A stretch of 64,000 bases of DNA, from contig CAZQEY010000001.1 of assembly GCA_964592485.1 (NCBI GenBank), positions 95,935 to 159,934 on the forward strand. The letters run 5' to 3'. Shown here in pieces: positions 59,583 through 64,000 of this stretch. The notes below the pieces were generated by a model. That model was given only the letters and a program-made list of their open reading frames with translations. It did no database searches and had not been told where the DNA came from. Each line of letters opens with the position of its first letter. The first letter of the stretch is position 1. Both the position numbers and the translations under genes were made by a program. Source of the stretch: an uncultured Planctomycetales bacterium (lineage in GTDB: Bacteria; Omnitrophota; Gorgyraeia; Gygaellales; JAHJCI01).

Positions 59583-60322
59583 CTTAATCTTGCGTTATTC
59601 TGTTTCAATAATTTCCTGCGCACAAGCGTTGCGGCCCTATATAGAGTTTCCGGCAAGCCGCAGTCAGTCCAAAAGCCCTCAAGAATATCATAATAAAGCT
59701 GCCCCCTCTTAAGATATGTATTGTTGACATCGGTTATTTCCAATTCGCCTCTCCGGGAGGGCTTCAGGGTGCGGATGAAGTCAAAAACCTGGCTATCATA
59801 CATATATATTCCGGTGACGATATAATTTGATTTGGGCCTTTTTGGTTTTTCGGAAATTGTCATGATTTTTCCGCCCTGAAGTTGAACCACACCAAATCTC
59901 TCCGGGTCAGGAACCTCTTTAATTAGAATTCTCGCCCCCCCAGCCTGTCCCGAGAATCTTTCTACATATTTTTTTATTGATTTCTCGATAATATTATCTC
60001 CCAAAATAACCACAATCTTCTGACCTTCAGCAAAATGCTCAGCTAAACCTAAGGCATCGGCAATCCCCTTTTCTCCCCGCTGATAAGTATAGTTAATATG
60101 TTTCAAGCCAAATTCCTCGCCGTTGCCTAAGAGTCTTAAGAAATCTCCGGCGTTGTTTCCACCGGTAACAATCATAATGTCCTTTATCCCCGCATCAACC
60201 AGAGTCTGAATGGGGTAATATATCATCGGCTTGTTGTAAACACATAAAAGGTGTTTGTTGGTAATCCTTGTCAATGGCTCAAGCCGCCTGCCTAAACCAC
60301 CGGCTAAAATTACGCCCTTCAT
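59579..60322 (-). CDS. rmlA: Glucose-1-phosphate thymidylyltransferase (short SpsI-type)
   Basis: MKGVILAGG, NKHLL, LGDNI, EKP, RGELEITD, WTDCG; start reassigned to 60322. Confidence 0.9.
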   Translation of the reverse strand: MKGVILAGGLGRRLEPLTRITNKHLLCVYNKPMIYYPIQTLVDAGIKDIMIVTGGNNAGDFLRLLGNGEEFGLKHINYTYQRGEKGIADALGLAEHFAEGQKIVVILGDNIIEKSIKKYVERFSGQAGGARILIKEVPDPERFGVVQLQGGKIMTISEKPKRPKSNYIVTGIYMYDSQVFDFIRTLKPSRRGELEITDVNNTYLKRGQLYYDILEGFWTDCGLPETLYRAATLVRRKLLKQNNARLR

Positions 60323-60324
60323 GC

Positions 60325-60777
60325 CTAATCCTTCCTTTCCCACTTATAACCTATCTTTTCATCAAAGGAATCCAATCTATATTCGTCAGGATTATTAAGA
60401 TTGTAAGGCTTAGTGACGGTATTTATCACAATTGCCTCAGAATCGCCGACATTCTTGAATCCATGATAGACTTCTTTCGGAACGTGAATCAATTTCGGTT
60501 CAGCGGGACTAATCACAAAATCATTTATTTCGCCGAAGGTAGATGAATTGACCCGTGCATCATATAAAGCAAGGATAATCTTTCCGGATACGCAAGTGAA
60601 ATTATCCGACTGTAATTTGTGATAGTGCCAGGCTTTTATTATTCCCGGATAAGCAGTGGTCATATATACCTGACCGAACTTCTCGAACATTTCATCATCG
60701 CAGCGCAGAATCTCCATTAGTCTGCCTCGATTATCTGGAATTACCTTTAATACCTTGACCTTAACCCCTTGAATCAT
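60325..60777 (-). CDS. rmlC: dTDP-4-dehydrorhamnose 3,5-epimerase (short type)
   Basis: DNRG, KAWHYH, YHGF, PDEYR; start reassigned to ATG 60777. Confidence 0.88.
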   Translation of the reverse strand: MIQGVKVKVLKVIPDNRGRLMEILRCDDEMFEKFGQVYMTTAYPGIIKAWHYHKLQSDNFTCVSGKIILALYDARVNSSTFGEINDFVISPAEPKLIHVPKEVYHGFKNVGDSEAIVINTVTKPYNLNNPDEYRLDSFDEKIGYKWERKD

Positions 60778-61720
60778 TATTACCCCTTCCCTTAAGGTTC
60801 TGCTTAAACCAGGCGATTGTCTTCTTAAGCCCTTCCTCCAAAGATACTTTTGGCTGCCAGTTAAGTAATCTTTTGGCTTTGGTAATATCCGGCTGCCTTT
60901 GCTTAGGGTCATCCTGAGGCAAGGGTAAGAATTTAATTTTGGATTTGGAGTTAATCAAATCGGTTATCTTCTTTGCCAACTCCATAACAGTAAATTCACA
61001 TGGGTTGCCTAAGTTTAGTAAACCAGAATAATCGACGTGCATAAATTTAATAATCCCTTCGACTAAATCATCTATATAACAAAAGGAGCGTGTCTGAAAG
61101 CCATCACCATAAATAGTAAGGTCATCATTATTTAATGCCTGGGAGATAAGATTTGAAACTACCCGACCATCATCCATCCGCATGAAAGGCCCGTAAGTAT
61201 TGAATATTCTAACAATTTTTATATATATATTATGTTGCCTCTTATAAGCAAAGGCCATCGCTTCAGCTGCACGCTTTGCTTCGTCGTAGCAAGAGCGAGG
61301 CCCAATAGGATTTACATTGCCAAAATATTCCTCTGGTTGAGGATGAATTAACGGGTCTCCATAGATCTCTGAGGTAGAAGCAAGAAATAATTTAGCACGT
61401 TTTTCCTTAACGATCCCTAAGCAATTATGCGTGCCTAACGTTCCCACCTTTAAGGTTTTTATGGGATATTCTAAATAATCTTTAGGAGAAGCTGGCGAGG
61501 CAAAATGCATAACCCAATCCAAATCTTCATCAATATACAAAGGCTGAGAGATATCATGGGTTATCAATTTAAAATTCGACTGGTTTAATAAATCCTTAAT
61601 GTTTTCTTCTCGACCGGTGATAAAATTATCCACACAGATAATAGAATTCCCGCCGATTAACAGTTTTTTGCACAAATGCGAGCCAATAAAACCTGCGCCT
61701 CCAGTGATTAAAATATTCAT
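60761..61720 (-). CDS. uxs: UDP-glucuronate decarboxylase (UDP-xylose synthase)
   Basis: ASPASP, ASTSEIYGDP, GPRSCYDEAKR, DGRVVSN, DDPKQR. Confidence 0.93.
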   Translation of the reverse strand: MNILITGGAGFIGSHLCKKLLIGGNSIICVDNFITGREENIKDLLNQSNFKLITHDISQPLYIDEDLDWVMHFASPASPKDYLEYPIKTLKVGTLGTHNCLGIVKEKRAKLFLASTSEIYGDPLIHPQPEEYFGNVNPIGPRSCYDEAKRAAEAMAFAYKRQHNIYIKIVRIFNTYGPFMRMDDGRVVSNLISQALNNDDLTIYGDGFQTRSFCYIDDLVEGIIKFMHVDYSGLLNLGNPCEFTVMELAKKITDLINSKSKIKFLPLPQDDPKQRQPDITKAKRLLNWQPKVSLEEGLKKTIAWFKQNLKGRGNNDSRG

Positions 61721-61771
61721 ATTTCTATATTACCATGCGGAGTATTGTGCGAAATTCTGTTTCAAGCAAGG

Positions 61772-63076
61772 TTAGGCACGACCAATCGATTTGTAAATAA
61801 AGCCGAGTTTAAACATCTGTCTCGGCTCAAAGATGTTTCTTCCATCGACAATAATCGGCTGGCGCAATAATCTTTTTATTCTGGCTAAGTCAAGATGCCG
61901 AAATTCCTCCCATTCAGTCATAATCAGGAGACAGTCACTGTTCCTCGCCACTTCATAAGGGCTTTGGCAAAATTTTATATCCTTCAGTTCCTTTTTTGCC
62001 TGTGGCATTGCTTGTGGGTCATACGCCTTTATCCTTGCCCCCTCATCCTGCAGCATCCTAATAACATCTATGGAAACAGAAAAGCGTATATCATCGGTAT
62101 TTGGCTTAAAGCTTAAACCGAGGATACCGATTGTCTTTCCTGAAATAATCCATATTGCTTCCTCGATCTTTTTTAGCAAAAGTTGTTTTTGTTCTCTGTT
62201 TATTTTTGCTACCTCTTTAAGTATCCCGAAATCATACCCGGCTTTCTTAGCGATATAAATAAATGCCTCTAAGTCTTTTGGGAAACAAAACCCACCAAAA
62301 CCACAACCAGCATCCAGAAACGCCCGACCAATGCGCCTATCCAGTCCCATACCGTCAGCTACCTTGACCACATCCGCACCTACCCTCTCACAAAATTGAG
62401 CAACTGCATTAATAAAGGAAATCTTGGTGGCTAAAAAGGAGTTTGAGGCATGCTTAATCATCTCCGCCGTCTTAATATTAGTAATCACAATTGGTGCCTT
62501 AATTGGCCTAAATAGTATGCACATAATCCTCTCTGCCCTTTTATCATTAACACCCAATATAATACGGTCGGGATGCAGAGTATCTTTGATGGCTGAGCCT
62601 TCACGCAAAAACTCAGGGTTAGAAACAATACTGAACTCTACCTTGCGCCTGTGCTTATTGTGCATCAGGATTGTATGTCGGATTCGTTCTCCGGTTTCTA
62701 CCGGCACAGTACTTTTGCTCACGATTATCTTATATTCTTTCATATTCTGAGCAATCCGGCGCGTTACATTTTCCACTGAAGATAAATCCGCACTCCCATC
62801 TTCCCGGGGAGGCGTACTGACACAAATAAAAATAATTAAGGATTTATTCACTAGGTCAGGCATACTGGAGGTAAAGATTAATCTTTTTGCTTTAAGATTC
62901 TTCTTAACCAGCATTTTAAGTCCGGGCTCATAAATCGGGACAATGCCTTTTTGGAGTTTTTTAATCTTTTGTTGGTCGCTATCCTGACAGATTACCCTAT
63001 TTCCTAAATCAGCAAACACTGCCGCGGTAACCAAACCTACATGGCCTGCCCCAATAACTCCAATTTGCTGCATCAT
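61772..63076 (-). CDS. ugd: UDP-glucose 6-dehydrogenase
   Basis: GAGHVGL, KSTVP, NPEFLREG, GFGGFCFPKD, FKPNTDD, DGRN. Confidence 0.95.
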   Translation of the reverse strand: MMQQIGVIGAGHVGLVTAAVFADLGNRVICQDSDQQKIKKLQKGIVPIYEPGLKMLVKKNLKAKRLIFTSSMPDLVNKSLIIFICVSTPPREDGSADLSSVENVTRRIAQNMKEYKIIVSKSTVPVETGERIRHTILMHNKHRRKVEFSIVSNPEFLREGSAIKDTLHPDRIILGVNDKRAERIMCILFRPIKAPIVITNIKTAEMIKHASNSFLATKISFINAVAQFCERVGADVVKVADGMGLDRRIGRAFLDAGCGFGGFCFPKDLEAFIYIAKKAGYDFGILKEVAKINREQKQLLLKKIEEAIWIISGKTIGILGLSFKPNTDDIRFSVSIDVIRMLQDEGARIKAYDPQAMPQAKKELKDIKFCQSPYEVARNSDCLLIMTEWEEFRHLDLARIKRLLRQPIIVDGRNIFEPRQMFKLGFIYKSIGRA

Positions 63077-64000
63077 TTAGCTCCTTTTAAATTATGTCTA
63101 AACCACTCGACAGTTTTCACCAACCCCTTCCGGAAACTGGTCTTAGGCTTATAGCCAATAATCTTTTTTGCTTGCGAGATATCTGCAAGGGTCTTAAGTA
63201 CATCCCCTGGCCTGGATGGATGATAAATAGGCTGAATATTCTTTTTCATAATTTTATTGAGAAGACTAACTAACTCCAGAATAGTCTTACCATCGCCATT
63301 GGCAATGTTTAAGATTGCCCATTTAACTCTGCCCCTGCACGTAGGAGCAGAGTTAAGGTTGGGCGCATTTGCAGCTAAAAGATTTGCCTCGACAACATCG
63401 TCAATATAGGTAAAATCGCGTGACTGCTTACCTGTGCCATATATAGGAGGAGACTCATCGTTTAAGAGACAATGAATAAACTTGGGGATAGCTACTGCAT
63501 ATTCATCGTCTAATGCCTGGCGCGGACCAAAGACATTGAAGTAGCGCAGACAAACCGTAGACAAACCATAGTTTTGCGAATACACGCGACAGTAATGCTC
63601 GCCAGCTGACTTGGTCAGAGCATAGGGTGAAATAAGACGAGGTAGATCTGTTTCCTTTTCAGGAAATTTCTTTGTTTCGCCATAAATAGAGCTTGAGGAG
63701 GCATAAATAAAGCGTTTAATTTTCTGTTGCCTGGCAGCTTCAAGCATATTCAGGGTGCCATTGATATTTACTTCATTATATTCAAAGGGATTATTTAAAG
63801 ATTTCGGCACAGAGCGAAGAGCTGCCTGGTGAAGGACAACATCAATATCCTGGCAGGCCTTCTGGCAAGTGGGCAAATCGCGGATATCACCTCTTATTAG
63901 TGTATAGCGGTTAGCTGATGACGGATAGTTATTTACAAAAGATAGGTTTTCTTCCTTACCGGATGAAAAGTTATCCAGAACCACGATGGAATGCCCGCTC
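63073..64000 (-). CDS. WbpP-like UDP-GlcNAc(A) 4-epimerase (partial, 5' end beyond the window)
   Basis: Frame is open to the window edge (SGHSIVVLDN); HQAALRSVPKS, SPYALTK, RYFNVFGPRQ, SRDFTY. Confidence 0.88.
   Translation of the reverse strand, partial: SGHSIVVLDNFSSGKEENLSFVNNYPSSANRYTLIRGDIRDLPTCQKACQDIDVVLHQAALRSVPKSLNNPFEYNEVNINGTLNMLEAARQQKIKRFIYASSSSIYGETKKFPEKETDLPRLISPYALTKSAGEHYCRVYSQNYGLSTVCLRYFNVFGPRQALDDEYAVAIPKFIHCLLNDESPPIYGTGKQSRDFTYIDDVVEANLLAANAPNLNSAPTCRGRVKWAILNIANGDGKTILELVSLLNKIMKKNIQPIYHPSRPGDVLKTLADISQAKKIIGYKPKTSFRKGLVKTVEWFRHNLKGAK
63323..63356. repeat. TTAA-flanked palindromic element inserted in frame in the CDS
   Basis: ttaactctgc-ccctgcacgtagga-gcagagttaa; perfect 10-bp arms. 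Confidence 0.75.
63903..63930. repeat. Degenerate period-7 array inside the WbpP-like gene
   Basis: tatagcg gttagct gatgacg gatagtt. Confidence 0.5.

Noticed and set aside
60778-60912. N-terminal extension of RmlC shown in the ORF track
   Set aside because: Overlaps the uxs 3' end; the ATG at 60777 has a good purine-rich RBS and gives a family-typical start
652-62750. Numerous plus-strand ORFs of 60-167 aa and short alternative-frame minus ORFs in the track
   Set aside because: All overlap well-supported minus-strand genes and show no recognisable motifs; treated as shadow ORFs
1-64000. tRNA, rRNA, transposase, integrase or prophage genes
   Set aside because: None recognisable; coding space is fully accounted for by glycan genes

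Overview
The whole 64-kb window is one very large surface-glycan (O-antigen/capsule/glycoprotein) biosynthesis locus. It has about 60 tightly packed genes, all on the minus strand, and is truncated at both ends. In transcription order (right to left) it contains: (i) core nucleotide-sugar genes (WbpP-like epimerase, ugd, uxs, rmlC/A/B/D, manC); (ii) a MarR-type EPS regulator with a perfect TTGACA-17-TATAAT promoter and an overlapping palindromic operator; (iii) GDP-mannose 3,5-epimerase, an RfbE-like SDR, a cupin and a CBS-SDR fusion; (iv) a pseudaminic-acid module with an amidotransferase triad but no pseB, followed by an ABC flippase; (v) a legionaminic-acid module with a second amidotransferase triad and a PtmF/PtmB/PtmA (ElaABC-like) trio; (vi) an RfbE-like/GT2/radical SAM/GT-C cassette; (vii) an uncharacterised aldolase/KdsB-like cassette that may make a non-canonical ulosonic acid; (viii) rfbF/rfbG. 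The most striking pattern is four CMP-ulosonate synthetase-family enzymes, four large orphan transferase-like proteins and four cobalamin-dependent radical SAM enzymes, distributed roughly one per module. The core genes at the right end carry in-frame DNA insertions (period-7 tandem arrays and a TTAA-flanked 30-bp palindrome), and a decamer-periodic inverted repeat lies between two of them. An uncultured anaerobe such as Ca. Omnitrophota is a plausible but unverified source. All family assignments come from recognising motifs by eye; no database searches were run.
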